Source of the DNA: a virus
Taxonomy: Duplodnaviria; Caudoviricetes
IMG/VR virus record: IMGVR_UViG_3300028804_000001
Location: 32,001-96,000 of that record
Strand: one strand, 5' to 3'
DNA length: 64,000 nucleotides
Every line of letters starts with the position of its first letter. Position 1 is the stretch's first letter. Of the stretch, positions 1 through 9,579 are shown one piece after another. The position numbers and the translations under genes are program-made. The notes under the pieces are model-generated. The model was not told the DNA's origin. It did no database searches and saw only the letters and a list, made by a program, of their open reading frames with translations.

Positions 1-96
1 GGACAGTCAGTTCTCACAAAGATTACAGTATAAAAAACTCCAAAGCATCACATACAAAGTATTTACTTAATGCGGACTTTGGTTTTTTCATGAAGC

Positions 97-1227
97 TCAG
101 GAAGAAACCGAAGATGGAACACGGTTAACTCTAAAGTAGATGTCTACTACCGGAACCTCCTTATATAGATTTTCTTTAATTGTTACATGTGAAATTAACA
201 ATTCAGAGATATCATCTACGACTCTTTCTAAACTCATCATAGATGCCTCGTCCGCTTTTTTCTGAGTAATGCCAGTTTGCTCTGGCTCTACCATAAGAGA
301 AGATGTATCCCCATCTTTCTCTAACATCTGGCGGACTACTTGTTTAATAGGCCTTACCTTCTTTTCGTAGTCAGTCCAGCCGGCGGTTCTTTTGATCCAA
401 TCATTCATGATTGCATCAAGCTTCTTATAGATTTCTGGACGATCGAGATTATACTTTTGTAGATGATGCCTGCGCATATCTTCTACTTCGATAAGATCAT
501 CTGGTGAGTATAAAACTGTCATGTAAGTATCTACCAGATCCATTACTTTCCGGCAGTTAATACCATACGTTTCTTCTACTCTAGATTTCTCATGAATAAA
601 ATTGAAGCAGGTATCTGCTCCTTCAATCTTACTCATTTCCCTTCCCTGATAAAAGCTTATGGCAATCTCTTCAGATCTTGCAAAGGATCCAGCTCGAGTA
701 TATACACCCTGACAGTTGAATACACTTGTAAGATACATACCAGTATAGGCTGTAATATCAACTATACTGGGGAATGCATTCTTAAGCTTAAAGTTGTAAC
801 TTACTTTAACGATGGTATAATTATTAGCACCAGTATCATCCCTGAAATCGATAAGATGAACAGATAGATACCTACTATCATGAAAGAATGCGTTTTCAAA
901 ATGAACGTTTTCCTGTAACTTTATCCCACCATCTTTAAGCTCATGGCGGGGATCATATGTGATTACCTCGAGGCTGGTCTTCTTAAATACTCTCTCATCA
1001 TATCTTTGAAGGAACCATGGAGGAACTCTTACATATCTATTAACCTTTACAGATCTAGTTTTCTCGCTGAATTCCTTCTTTGAAACTACATTTTCTATTC
1101 TTAGACCACAATGATATAATCCAGATTGGATACAGGAAAGTAAAAGCTTCTGATCAATCAGAGCCATAGGCTTCTGTATAAAGAATAAGTCTAAGTAGTA
1201 GCCCTGAGCAGACGGTCTTTTAATCAT
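97..1227 (-). CDS. hypothetical protein (376 aa)
   Basis: Long ORF overlapping the upstream gene by 4 nt; no motif recognised. Confidence 0.75.
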   Translation of the reverse strand: MIKRPSAQGYYLDLFFIQKPMALIDQKLLLSCIQSGLYHCGLRIENVVSKKEFSEKTRSVKVNRYVRVPPWFLQRYDERVFKKTSLEVITYDPRHELKDGGIKLQENVHFENAFFHDSRYLSVHLIDFRDDTGANNYTIVKVSYNFKLKNAFPSIVDITAYTGMYLTSVFNCQGVYTRAGSFARSEEIAISFYQGREMSKIEGADTCFNFIHEKSRVEETYGINCRKVMDLVDTYMTVLYSPDDLIEVEDMRRHHLQKYNLDRPEIYKKLDAIMNDWIKRTAGWTDYEKKVRPIKQVVRQMLEKDGDTSSLMVEPEQTGITQKKADEASMMSLERVVDDISELLISHVTIKENLYKEVPVVDIYFRVNRVPSSVSS

Positions 1228-2300
1228 AAAGAGAGCCTTATTCTTCCTTGTCGTTCATTACCTGCATCTTTAGTAAGAACCTTGTCGAAATAATAATTAC
1301 AGCAGAATTTGCCAACACGATAAATTACTTCTGCTTCAGGTTCTAGATCATTTAGATAATCATTGAGTCTCATAGTGAGCTCACCAAGCTCTAGCTCCTG
1401 ATGCCAGAATGATGCAGTAACTCCTCGAGTGGTATATTCGACATCTGATTCCGCATCAGCTTCTTTTAAAAACTGAAAGCATAAATCAAAGATTCTTTTA
1501 TCATCTGGATCTATCTTGGGTAGAAAGTATGGGTTACCAATATAATAAGAGAGCATCTCTTTATATGCTATAAGATCTATACTGTTAAAAGTTCCCGCGG
1601 GAACCTTAGAATACTTATAGCTGCTTGCATAGTTAATATCAGTATTACCTACTCCACCAATAATACATCTATTAAAATTTCTTTGATATAATCCTTTAGG
1701 TCTTAAATGTAATAAGACTCCCAGGTTTGGATACATTCCTAGATGTTTATGAAACCCCCAGCAAATCATTACCTGATTACCATTAGCAAAGAAATTAGTT
1801 GGGAGTAGATCTGTTATATCTGCATCCCAAGATATCCACTGAGATGCATCAATAAGAACTACTTGATAGTAGAGTTGTGCTAATACTGGTTTCCAATCTA
1901 TAGATATACCAAATGAAGATGCAGCATTAATAATTACAGAATTAAACTCAGTTAGTTCTTCTATGTTATTTTGAATTGTTTGTCCTTGTTTTAACAATAC
2001 TGTATAAATAGCATTGTGCATATGCGGATCACAAAATGGCATTAGCACGCCTGAAGATGCTCCGATATTTAAAGCTTCAGTCGCACCTCTTGTAATAATT
2101 AATTCTGAATCACAATTAGCAGGAACTTTGTGAAGGATCTTAATCTTATCTAAGATATCTTCAACTAAGTCTGATGGATCTATGCCAGAACGGATGTTAG
2201 TAGAAAATGGGCTGGTTCTTAATTTCGTTTCATATGCAAGATAAACAGAATTCTTAGGAAAGGATGTAGCATTGTGATCTAGGTAGTAAGTTTTATACAT
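1224..2300 (-). CDS. divergent class V PLP enzyme, cysteine desulfurase (SufS/NifS)-like
   Basis: YLDHNATS, ITRGATEALN, IDASQ, PLP-lysine motif FHKHLG, RVGKFCC (cf. SufS RxGxHC), C-terminal RLSL. Confidence 0.8.
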   Translation of the reverse strand: MYKTYYLDHNATSFPKNSVYLAYETKLRTSPFSTNIRSGIDPSDLVEDILDKIKILHKVPANCDSELIITRGATEALNIGASSGVLMPFCDPHMHNAIYTVLLKQGQTIQNNIEELTEFNSVIINAASSFGISIDWKPVLAQLYYQVVLIDASQWISWDADITDLLPTNFFANGNQVMICWGFHKHLGMYPNLGVLLHLRPKGLYQRNFNRCIIGGVGNTDINYASSYKYSKVPAGTFNSIDLIAYKEMLSYYIGNPYFLPKIDPDDKRIFDLCFQFLKEADAESDVEYTTRGVTASFWHQELELGELTMRLNDYLNDLEPEAEVIYRVGKFCCNYYFDKVLTKDAGNERQGRIRLSL

Positions 2301-2814
2301 CTTGCGAAGCTCTCCATTTTGCTGGATCTATAGTTCCTTTCTCTTTCATTCTTGCGTACTTTTCAATCTCATCTCCTCTCCCATGTACAGAAGGGCAGCC
2401 TGTTCCAAATCCTTCATAGGCATCTCGTGCATAATTAGGATCACTTCTATCTCGATAAGATGTACAACCAGGGCACTGTGCTCTGGTGTTGGGGCTTTCA
2501 TAGAAAAATACTAATCTGCAATCTGTGCACTCAAGCCGGCCACATAAACCAACTAACCTTTTATTACACTCTGGACATCTCTTGGTATGCTGCCTTAACT
2601 CCGCTTGGGCTTTAATACTGGGGTCATTACTTATCTGAGCTAGAAAAGATAGGTTGTGATTATTAAATACTAAACCACCAGAGTCCATACAATCGCTGGC
2701 TAAACCTATCATAGCCTCTAATAGTGTCTTTGACTTTGAATCAGACTCGAGAAGCCTTTTAGTAGACTCTATAAAGTCCTGTTCTTCAGGAGAAAACCGA
2801 GGGGTATATGACAT
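2293..2814 (-). CDS. Cys-rich zinc-finger hypothetical protein
   Basis: Three CxxC pairs (CPEC, CTDC, CPGC). Confidence 0.65.
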   Translation of the reverse strand: MSYTPRFSPEEQDFIESTKRLLESDSKSKTLLEAMIGLASDCMDSGGLVFNNHNLSFLAQISNDPSIKAQAELRQHTKRCPECNKRLVGLCGRLECTDCRLVFFYESPNTRAQCPGCTSYRDRSDPNYARDAYEGFGTGCPSVHGRGDEIEKYARMKEKGTIDPAKWRASQDV

Positions 2815-2845
2815 TGGCCCTTAATAACAAGCATCCTACCTAAAA

Positions 2846-4297
2846 TCAAGTATTTAATACTGCCCTAGCCGGCTTATCAATCTGCTTATATGTATGAAAT
2901 ACATTAAAAACAGATAGAATATCTCCCGCGGTTGGATGAGGCATAAATACATATTGAGAGTTAAAGCAGTAGCTCGAGGGACCAGCTTTCTTTGCTACTG
3001 CATCAATAAACATTGAAAACATACCTTCTTCAGTTCTATAGAGATACTTTGGAACTTTCCGAGCTTCTAATTCTTTTTCATATTCCTTTGCGATTGTCGT
3101 ATCTATTCCAATCATACCTATTTTAGATTCTTGCAGAGATTTTAACCAATCTGTTTTAATAGGATCTCTATTTTGATCTGGTTTAATGAAACGAGCACCA
3201 AATCCAGTAGTTTTGTATCCGAGAATTGTAACTCTTAATCCATGTAAGTCACAGGCATCTAATATCCTATTTAATTCGCTATGATGTATAGTTTTATCAA
3301 CTATCTGAATATTAATTTTATTTAACGGAACTCTATTAGATAATGCTATATTAAGCATGTCCATAAAGTCATAAAAACTATCTACTGAAAATGCAAAGGA
3401 CCCACAGCTGGATAAATAACCTTCTTTTCTATCATCTTGCATCCAATCTGTTCTTCTAGTTGTGAAGTTGGGAATTATTCCGTCTTCTTTAAACATTTTT
3501 AATATAGTTCCAAACTCTGGATGCGTTGTTGGCTCACCACCGCCAATAGCTACTTCAAATGTTCCAACTTTAACCAGTGAATCAATTATTTCGTTGATAT
3601 ATGAAAGCTCAGCATGCTTTCCATTTTCAGTAGAAGCTCTATAGCAGTAACGGCAACCAGCATCACAATAATCAGTGATCGAAATATCTACGAGCTCTGG
3701 GAAACTTGAAAAACTACGCGCCGCCGCAGGAGCATCGAAAGAAAGTGATACTTTATGACCGTTGGTTGTATCAAATAAAACCCAATGCCCACTTATATCA
3801 TCTTTATGAGCTCGGATAATGTTTTCAGTTTCTTTTAATAAGTGTGGAATTCCTAAATTTATAACTCCAGGTTCTTCTATTAATGGATGTTCTCCACCGT
3901 TATCATTTCCACCAAGAATTGCAACATCGCGTCTTTTTATGAATTCTATATAGTCGCGGAGATAATCCATATTGATATGGCCCTTAATGTCGCGCGGAAA
4001 ATTCTGGGTGCTCTGATGATCTATATAGTCATCAGGATTAATCCTTACATCTAGAAGGTTCTCTAGTAAAGTAGTAGTTAGTTCAGATCCTATGAGCTCT
4101 TCAATATGAGGCTTTAACAAGATTGCCATATATCTTCTTTTTTCTAGCTGGCTCACTAATGTAAAATTATCCCAACCATACTCACCAGGATGATCTGTTG
4201 AATCTGTTAATGATCTAATCTTATCTGGAAGAATAACGATAGAGTGAAGTGAGCTGCTATTAGTAGCAAATCCTAGTCTTATATTCTCTATTTTCAT
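2846..4297 (-). CDS. radical SAM protein with N-terminal FATNSSS domain
   Basis: CDAGCRYC (CxxxCxxC), GGGEP; start moved to MKIENIRLGFATNSSS because the listed 5' extension overlaps tRNA-Pro. Confidence 0.88.
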   Translation of the reverse strand: MKIENIRLGFATNSSSLHSIVILPDKIRSLTDSTDHPGEYGWDNFTLVSQLEKRRYMAILLKPHIEELIGSELTTTLLENLLDVRINPDDYIDHQSTQNFPRDIKGHINMDYLRDYIEFIKRRDVAILGGNDNGGEHPLIEEPGVINLGIPHLLKETENIIRAHKDDISGHWVLFDTTNGHKVSLSFDAPAAARSFSSFPELVDISITDYCDAGCRYCYRASTENGKHAELSYINEIIDSLVKVGTFEVAIGGGEPTTHPEFGTILKMFKEDGIIPNFTTRRTDWMQDDRKEGYLSSCGSFAFSVDSFYDFMDMLNIALSNRVPLNKINIQIVDKTIHHSELNRILDACDLHGLRVTILGYKTTGFGARFIKPDQNRDPIKTDWLKSLQESKIGMIGIDTTIAKEYEKELEARKVPKYLYRTEEGMFSMFIDAVAKKAGPSSYCFNSQYVFMPHPTAGDILSVFNVFHTYKQIDKPARAVLNT

Positions 4298-4311
4298 ATT
4301 TACCTTGAATT

Positions 4312-4383
4312 TCGGAATAGCAGGATTTGAACCTGCGACCCTCTGCTCCCAAAGCAGACGCTCTACCACTGAGCTATATTCCG
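4312..4383 (-). tRNA. tRNA-Pro(TGG)
   Basis: CGGAATA/TATTCCG acceptor stem, GCTCAGTGGTAGAGC D-arm, TCTGC-TTTGGGA-GCAGA anticodon arm, GGTTCAAATCC T-arm; CCA not encoded. Confidence 0.93.
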
Positions 4384-4424
4384 TTTATCACTTATTATCT
4401 TTATAAGTAATTACAATCTATTAT

Positions 4425-4817
4425 CTACTCATTCCAGAGGAAATCATATTTACCAGATTTGATTTCTTCTTTCTTAAGAAGAGCACTATCAGTCTTAACC
4501 TTGATTTCGCCCTGTATCTTCTTCTTCTCTTCTTTTAACTTGGAGATTTTTCTATTATTTACTGTACTCCGGTCTCTTTTCTTATCCAGGCAACTTTTAC
4601 AGAATCGAGTGCTACTATTAGTATCTATTTTAGCAGATCCACATTCAGAACATAGGCCCTGCTCTATCTTTTTGGCTCTTCTTCTTTTAATAAGCTGCGC
4701 GTTTAACCCAGGATGCTTCTTATAGTATTTACGCATGTAAATTCTATTAGCTTCTTTACATTTATCACATCTGCAGCCGTTTAAATAGTTATTACGGTCT
4801 CCATGGAGATATTCCAT
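4425..4817 (-). CDS. small basic Zn-binding protein (HG..Y..GCRC..C motif), probable DNA-binding
   Basis: HGDRNNYLNGCRCDKC plus CSEC/CKSC; very Lys/Arg-rich. Confidence 0.65.
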   Translation of the reverse strand: MEYLHGDRNNYLNGCRCDKCKEANRIYMRKYYKKHPGLNAQLIKRRRAKKIEQGLCSECGSAKIDTNSSTRFCKSCLDKKRDRSTVNNRKISKLKEEKKKIQGEIKVKTDSALLKKEEIKSGKYDFLWNE

Positions 4818-4855
4818 AAAACCTCTGCCTGTTAAGATTGTTTAATTAAGATATT

Positions 4856-5902
4856 TCAGTATCTGTAGGTCAAGCCTATAGTTACTGCATATGCTTTTCG
4901 TAATTGATTTTTACGAGATACTGTTTGCATACCCTGAAGGGTAAATGGGCCAATATTGGCACCAGCTATATAGTATATATCAGAGAATCTATCAGAAGCC
5001 TTGGTTTCGGCCTTAAAACGATATTCAGTAACATCTGAGAAAGTAGCATATGAGGCATCTCTGCTAAAGCTGAGAAATGCACTTCCAGTTCCTGAAAATT
5101 TACCTATTCCTAGATATATTGATATAAAGTCTAGAACTGAGGCTCCAGTTCTAATATCTCCAAATCTGGTTACTGTAGTTCCCTGGTAGATAATCTCATT
5201 ATTACCAGTCCATTCAACAGATTTAATATCTGTTTTAATTCCAAGTGTATCGCTGAACTTTATATTAATGTTATGAGTGCTATCAGCTCTGCCGGCTCCT
5301 ATTGAAAGACCAGAGAAGTTTATAAACCTTCCCCATCCAAACTCCGGAATGATAGTAAATCTAATCATTCCACCTCTGAGATGAAGATTGGTAGCTGTAC
5401 TATTGGCTTGATCTGACTTTAAGGATCCATACTGATATCCAAATCCGTAAACTTCAAATCTGTCTAGAAATGTGCTTTCCTGATCATACTTACTAAAGAG
5501 TGTTTGAAGAGATGAAGCAAGCCAACCAATATTGACTCCGGCATATCCTCCTGGTTGGAGTGATATACCTCTTTCTCCCATATTCTTTGTTTTATTCTCT
5601 ATTAGATCATTTCTAACTGGAATCTTTCTTTCGTTTGTAAATGATGCAGTGCCAAAAATTCCCACGGTAAATTTTTGCGTTGTAACATGATAGGGAACTA
5701 ATGCAATTGAACCAAAAGATTGCGCAAGAAGCTCATCTTTAGCTAATGCTGGAAGATAGTATTTTGAAAAATCTGAATAATATGCGCCGTAGTCCCGATT
5801 GATTTTATTACAATCAGGGCCTCTGCATTCAAACTCCGCCATCACTGAGTGAGAGCCAATAAGCAGTGGTAGCAGAATGAGGGTTTGTATCCCTCTATTC
5901 AT
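4856..5902 (-). CDS. exported outer-membrane protein resembling the Leptospira Lsa36 family
   Basis: Signal peptide followed by ECRGPDC, GVNIG, FSGLSIG; alternating beta-strand pattern; C-terminal aromatic (YRY). Confidence 0.6.
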   Translation of the reverse strand: MNRGIQTLILLPLLIGSHSVMAEFECRGPDCNKINRDYGAYYSDFSKYYLPALAKDELLAQSFGSIALVPYHVTTQKFTVGIFGTASFTNERKIPVRNDLIENKTKNMGERGISLQPGGYAGVNIGWLASSLQTLFSKYDQESTFLDRFEVYGFGYQYGSLKSDQANSTATNLHLRGGMIRFTIIPEFGWGRFINFSGLSIGAGRADSTHNINIKFSDTLGIKTDIKSVEWTGNNEIIYQGTTVTRFGDIRTGASVLDFISIYLGIGKFSGTGSAFLSFSRDASYATFSDVTEYRFKAETKASDRFSDIYYIAGANIGPFTLQGMQTVSRKNQLRKAYAVTIGLTYRY

Positions 5903-5966
5903 TACACGAACATTACTGAAGCAACATCTAGAGTACCATTGTTGTTATTAACAACTACTGATACTA

Positions 5967-6743
5967 GTGAAAACTTTAGTTATCACTCCGTTGATGCTTC
6001 TGTTTTTAATTCACTGCTCTTTCAAAGAAGACAGTTGCGACAGTCGTATATACGATCAAGACAGTACTAGATTCTTTCGATCTATCATGGCACTGAAATA
6101 CAGCAACTGGGCAGATAGAGGATATACTGCTACTACAGTTTTTACCGGAGATTCAATTGTTGAAGAATGGAATGCAATTAATTCAATAGATTCCGGTGGA
6201 TATCCATGGTCGGATGATCTCAATAATACACAATATATCAACAGTGGAATTGCTGGAGATACTGTTTGTGGAATGATTCATAGAAGAAATACTTCAGTTA
6301 ACGCATTTAAACCAAAGTATATCTTTACCGATGGTGGAGGAAATGATCTCTTAGTAGGAGCATCTATTGATGCTCTTAGAGATAATCTTTCTGAATATAT
6401 ACATCTTCTTAGACAGGATAATCAAGAAGCTAGAATAGTATATGGTGCAATACCACCATCAAAAAGTCCGGTTGGAAATATGATCAAATCTAAGATCAAT
6501 TTCTATGTTAGAGATAACATTGTTCCTGCAACAGAGAACTTTTGCTATGTCGATATGAATGACTTTCTAGCTGAGAATGGAGTAGAGGGTAATCCAATTA
6601 AAGATGGATGGAATATTGACAGTCTTCATCCAAATCCAGCTATTTTTATTGAATATAAGAGAAGAGTAGAACTAGCCTTTAATGGCTCTAACTATGGAAC
6701 CTGGGCTAGATGTAATAATGATAAATCTCAGATCTCTAACTGA
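5967..6743 (+). CDS. SGNH/GDSL hydrolase lipoprotein
   Basis: Blocks GDSI, SGIAGDT, GGND, DSLHP; hydrophobic N-terminus ending in Cys (LIHC). Confidence 0.88.
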   Translation: MKTLVITPLMLLFLIHCSFKEDSCDSRIYDQDSTRFFRSIMALKYSNWADRGYTATTVFTGDSIVEEWNAINSIDSGGYPWSDDLNNTQYINSGIAGDTVCGMIHRRNTSVNAFKPKYIFTDGGGNDLLVGASIDALRDNLSEYIHLLRQDNQEARIVYGAIPPSKSPVGNMIKSKINFYVRDNIVPATENFCYVDMNDFLAENGVEGNPIKDGWNIDSLHPNPAIFIEYKRRVELAFNGSNYGTWARCNNDKSQISN

Positions 6744-7318
6744 GTTCCACAATAAGGGCATAATACAAGATTAGTTTCTCGATCTAGGTATGATGCTTCA
6801 AAGCATGCGGATCCACCACAATCAGGGCATTTATAAGGACCTTCTACAATAATGCCTGAGTTGTTATTATTTCTTTCATCTATAGCTTTTTGAGGTCCTT
6901 TAGATGTAAGTGCTTCTATAGATTCTTCCTCCCAGAATTCTGATCTGTATTTAATAGAACCATCTAGATAAAGTCTGAATGCTGTTCCACCGTGGGAACC
7001 CGGTGCAAGCTTATCACATGAAAATGCTACTCCAAAATCTAGATATCTTAAATCCGCTTCAGCTATTACTTCTCCAAGTTTAGTAAGAAATTCCTTTCCT
7101 TTTTCTTGTCCGTTCTTGTTTAGATTTTCATCACTCAAGAGAACATCTAATGTTCCATTCTCTCCACATATATAGAGCTCACCATTTTCAAGAGACATAT
7201 ATAGTAGAATTGGAAAGTCTTCCTTTAATTCATTAAATAGATTATTAACTTCTTCAAACTTTTGAATGGAACAGGGTACAGCCTCTTCTGCAGTAAAGTC
7301 AATATGATAATTCATCAA
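6728..7318 (-). CDS. hypothetical protein with C-terminal Zn ribbon
   Basis: CPDC...CPYC. Confidence 0.65.
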   Translation of the reverse strand: MMNYHIDFTAEEAVPCSIQKFEEVNNLFNELKEDFPILLYMSLENGELYICGENGTLDVLLSDENLNKNGQEKGKEFLTKLGEVIAEADLRYLDFGVAFSCDKLAPGSHGGTAFRLYLDGSIKYRSEFWEEESIEALTSKGPQKAIDERNNNNSGIIVEGPYKCPDCGGSACFEASYLDRETNLVLCPYCGTQLEI

Positions 7319-7914
7319 GACACCTCTTTAAGATTAGTCTTAGTGTTTTCATTAATACTAACAATTAGAGAATTTAATTTTGTTATATCGGTTCTAACAA
7401 GCTGCCCACCAACAGAAAGTTTTGATAAGTCGATATATTTATCAATATCTGGCCATAACTCTCTTAACTGTTTTAAATTTTTTGCAGATGAAAGAACTGC
7501 ACTCAATTCACTTTCTACTTCCTTTTTAAGGAGATGTATTTTTCTTTCTTCATCAACAAGATTGGACACAAGTTCATAGAAATCTTTATTTTCTTTGGTT
7601 ACGTTAAAGTAAGCTCTATCATTATAAGTTATAATGTTTCCAGGAACTGGAATTAAAGAATCATATTTAACTTGAACACATTTATCATGGTCATTATTAA
7701 TAAAAACTGTTATTTCTCTTGCTTTTGCTTTCCATTCCTTAGGAAAGTTATCCCATTCTTTCTTATTCTTTTTTACAAAAGAATCTATTAACAATGTAAT
7801 TAGCTGTTTTACTCTCTGCTCAAAGTCTAGCTCTTTCGGGCCAAGAATTTTCTTAATAATCTGCTTAGACCATACATTTCTCATTTGTTGTGTAATTCTA
7901 ATTTGTGTTGTCAT
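7315..7914 (-). CDS. Nmad5-like (nucleotide-modification-associated) protein
   Basis: N-terminal RITQQMR and C-terminal VLSSAKNLKQLRELWPD; start reassigned to MTTQIR. Confidence 0.6.
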   Translation of the reverse strand: MTTQIRITQQMRNVWSKQIIKKILGPKELDFEQRVKQLITLLIDSFVKKNKKEWDNFPKEWKAKAREITVFINNDHDKCVQVKYDSLIPVPGNIITYNDRAYFNVTKENKDFYELVSNLVDEERKIHLLKKEVESELSAVLSSAKNLKQLRELWPDIDKYIDLSKLSVGGQLVRTDITKLNSLIVSINENTKTNLKEVS

Positions 7915-7915
7915 A

Positions 7916-8368
7916 TTAGTGGAACTCCATATTCTCTTTATACTTCTCAGCAGCAGCACATAAGTTGATAAACTTAACTGCCGTTTCTATGAGAGATTTT
8001 AAATCTACTACTTTATCATTTCCTATATTTGCTTCTATTATTTTTCTACCATCGTAGAATTCTTCTACAAACATCTTTAATGCTGGAAATAATCTTCTAC
8101 ATTCTTGAAGTGTTATTTCCCCATCAGAATCAGAATGATTAATAATATATCTTAGATCTCTATAAATAGGTCGAGTTATAGATGAATCATTTATAAAGAA
8201 GAAATCAAGGTCGCCAAGTCTTGGATTATCTCCACCAAAACCAAAAAAATCAGTTACATCTACATTTTGTTTGTTTATTAACTTAAAAACAGTGTTACGC
8301 CAGTTATTAAAATAACTATAGGATCCAATTCTATAGCTAAGTCTTCCAGCACTAACATCAAGACCCAT
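7916..8368 (-). CDS. hypothetical phage protein
   Basis: MGLD start and NHSDSDG motif common in phage hypotheticals. Confidence 0.65.
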   Translation of the reverse strand: MGLDVSAGRLSYRIGSYSYFNNWRNTVFKLINKQNVDVTDFFGFGGDNPRLGDLDFFFINDSSITRPIYRDLRYIINHSDSDGEITLQECRRLFPALKMFVEEFYDGRKIIEANIGNDKVVDLKSLIETAVKFINLCAAAEKYKENMEFH

Positions 8369-8519
8369 TACTAGCTCCCATGTTTTCTCTTACTTTATCA
8401 ACTTTTAGTATCTGCTCTCTAAGACGTTTAATTTGTTCTTTAGCTTCGCTCTCTGGCATTTCTATTTCACGGACCATACCAAATTCAGATACATATTGGG
8501 TGTAGATTTTCTCACTCAT
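8358..8519 (-). CDS. small hypothetical protein (53 aa, not in ORF track)
   Basis: MSEKIYTQYVSEFG...; fills the gap and overlaps both neighbours. Confidence 0.5.
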   Translation of the reverse strand: MSEKIYTQYVSEFGMVREIEMPESEAKEQIKRLREQILKVDKVRENMGASNGS

Positions 8520-9223
8520 TAGAATACAGGCTCCGTTCTAAGTTGTAGATATCTTGGCATATTCTTCATAAGATCGCCAAGTGAATTCATAGTAATATCA
8601 AAATACTTCTGATAATCAGATGTTCCACGCTTTCTTAACAAGAAAGCAGGATGAAGAATGAAACATACTGGAAGAGTAATATCTTCAATGGGATCATTGA
8701 AAGTATAGAACTTACCGGAACACTCAATAGCTCCAAGTTTTTCACAGCTGGGAACTAATTGATCGAGAGCAGGTTTACCTACAGCAACTAATACAACTGG
8801 AGCTAGAAGTTTCATCTGAGCAATTAAATGTGTATAGCATTTAGAAGCCTGAGATTTTGTAAGAGGCTTATTTCCTTCAGTTGCACATAAACCAACATTA
8901 GTAATATATGCACTATACTTATCTTCAATACCGCTTTTCTCAAGAAGTTGAATCAGAAGTTGGCCTGCAGGTCCTACAAATGGAACTCCCTGCTCTACTT
9001 CAGTAGCTCCAGGATTCTGACCTACAATCATAATCGGGGACTTAATATTTCCTCTGGATACAACTATATGATCAGGACCTAATTTACCTAGGTCGCACAT
9101 ATTACATCCAGTCTCTCTGAGGTTAATACAAAACTCTTTTAGAGCTTTATAGTCATTCTTAACAGTCTTTGCGGGGTTGGGTAGAGTCTTCTCATCTACC
9201 ATTGTATCAAATTCTTGTTCCAT
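8519..9223 (-). CDS. uracil-DNA glycosylase, family 4
   Basis: CNMCDL, IMIVGQNPG, GVPFVGPAG, YITNVGLC, HPAFLLR. Confidence 0.9.
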   Translation of the reverse strand: MEQEFDTMVDEKTLPNPAKTVKNDYKALKEFCINLRETGCNMCDLGKLGPDHIVVSRGNIKSPIMIVGQNPGATEVEQGVPFVGPAGQLLIQLLEKSGIEDKYSAYITNVGLCATEGNKPLTKSQASKCYTHLIAQMKLLAPVVLVAVGKPALDQLVPSCEKLGAIECSGKFYTFNDPIEDITLPVCFILHPAFLLRKRGTSDYQKYFDITMNSLGDLMKNMPRYLQLRTEPVF

Positions 9224-9575
9224 GGTTTACCACCGCTGTTTGCCTTTTAGTAAGGATGGCATTAATATATTCTTTAACTTTACTTTCAGGCAAAGTCCAG
9301 CTGCTAGTTTTAATATCAGCTATTACAGTATCTTTGAATTCCTGATATACAGAAAGAGCCAGTGAATCATTATTAAGTACGCTGGCACAGATTGCCAATG
9401 CCAATTGGGCAGGACCGCTGCCAGAATATCCCCATTCAAAACCATCTGGTGAGTGATTAATAAGATCATACCGAGGATCCAGTTTCTTTTCTATAGAGAA
9501 TGCTCTGGAAGTTGAACGAAACACGATACACTGATCGTCCATTCGAACTCCAATGAACCGTGCTTCTTTTTCCAT
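9207..9575 (-). CDS. DUF6166-like protein
   Basis: NHSPDGFEWGYSGSGPAQLA signature. Confidence 0.75.
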   Translation of the reverse strand: MEKEARFIGVRMDDQCIVFRSTSRAFSIEKKLDPRYDLINHSPDGFEWGYSGSGPAQLALAICASVLNNDSLALSVYQEFKDTVIADIKTSSWTLPESKVKEYINAILTKRQTAVVNHGTRI

Positions 9576-9579
9576 AGAA

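Noticed and set aside
4298-4369. N-terminal extension MVERLLWEQRVAGSNPAIP of the radical SAM ORF
   Set aside because: It is a translation of tRNA-Pro; the true start is at 4297
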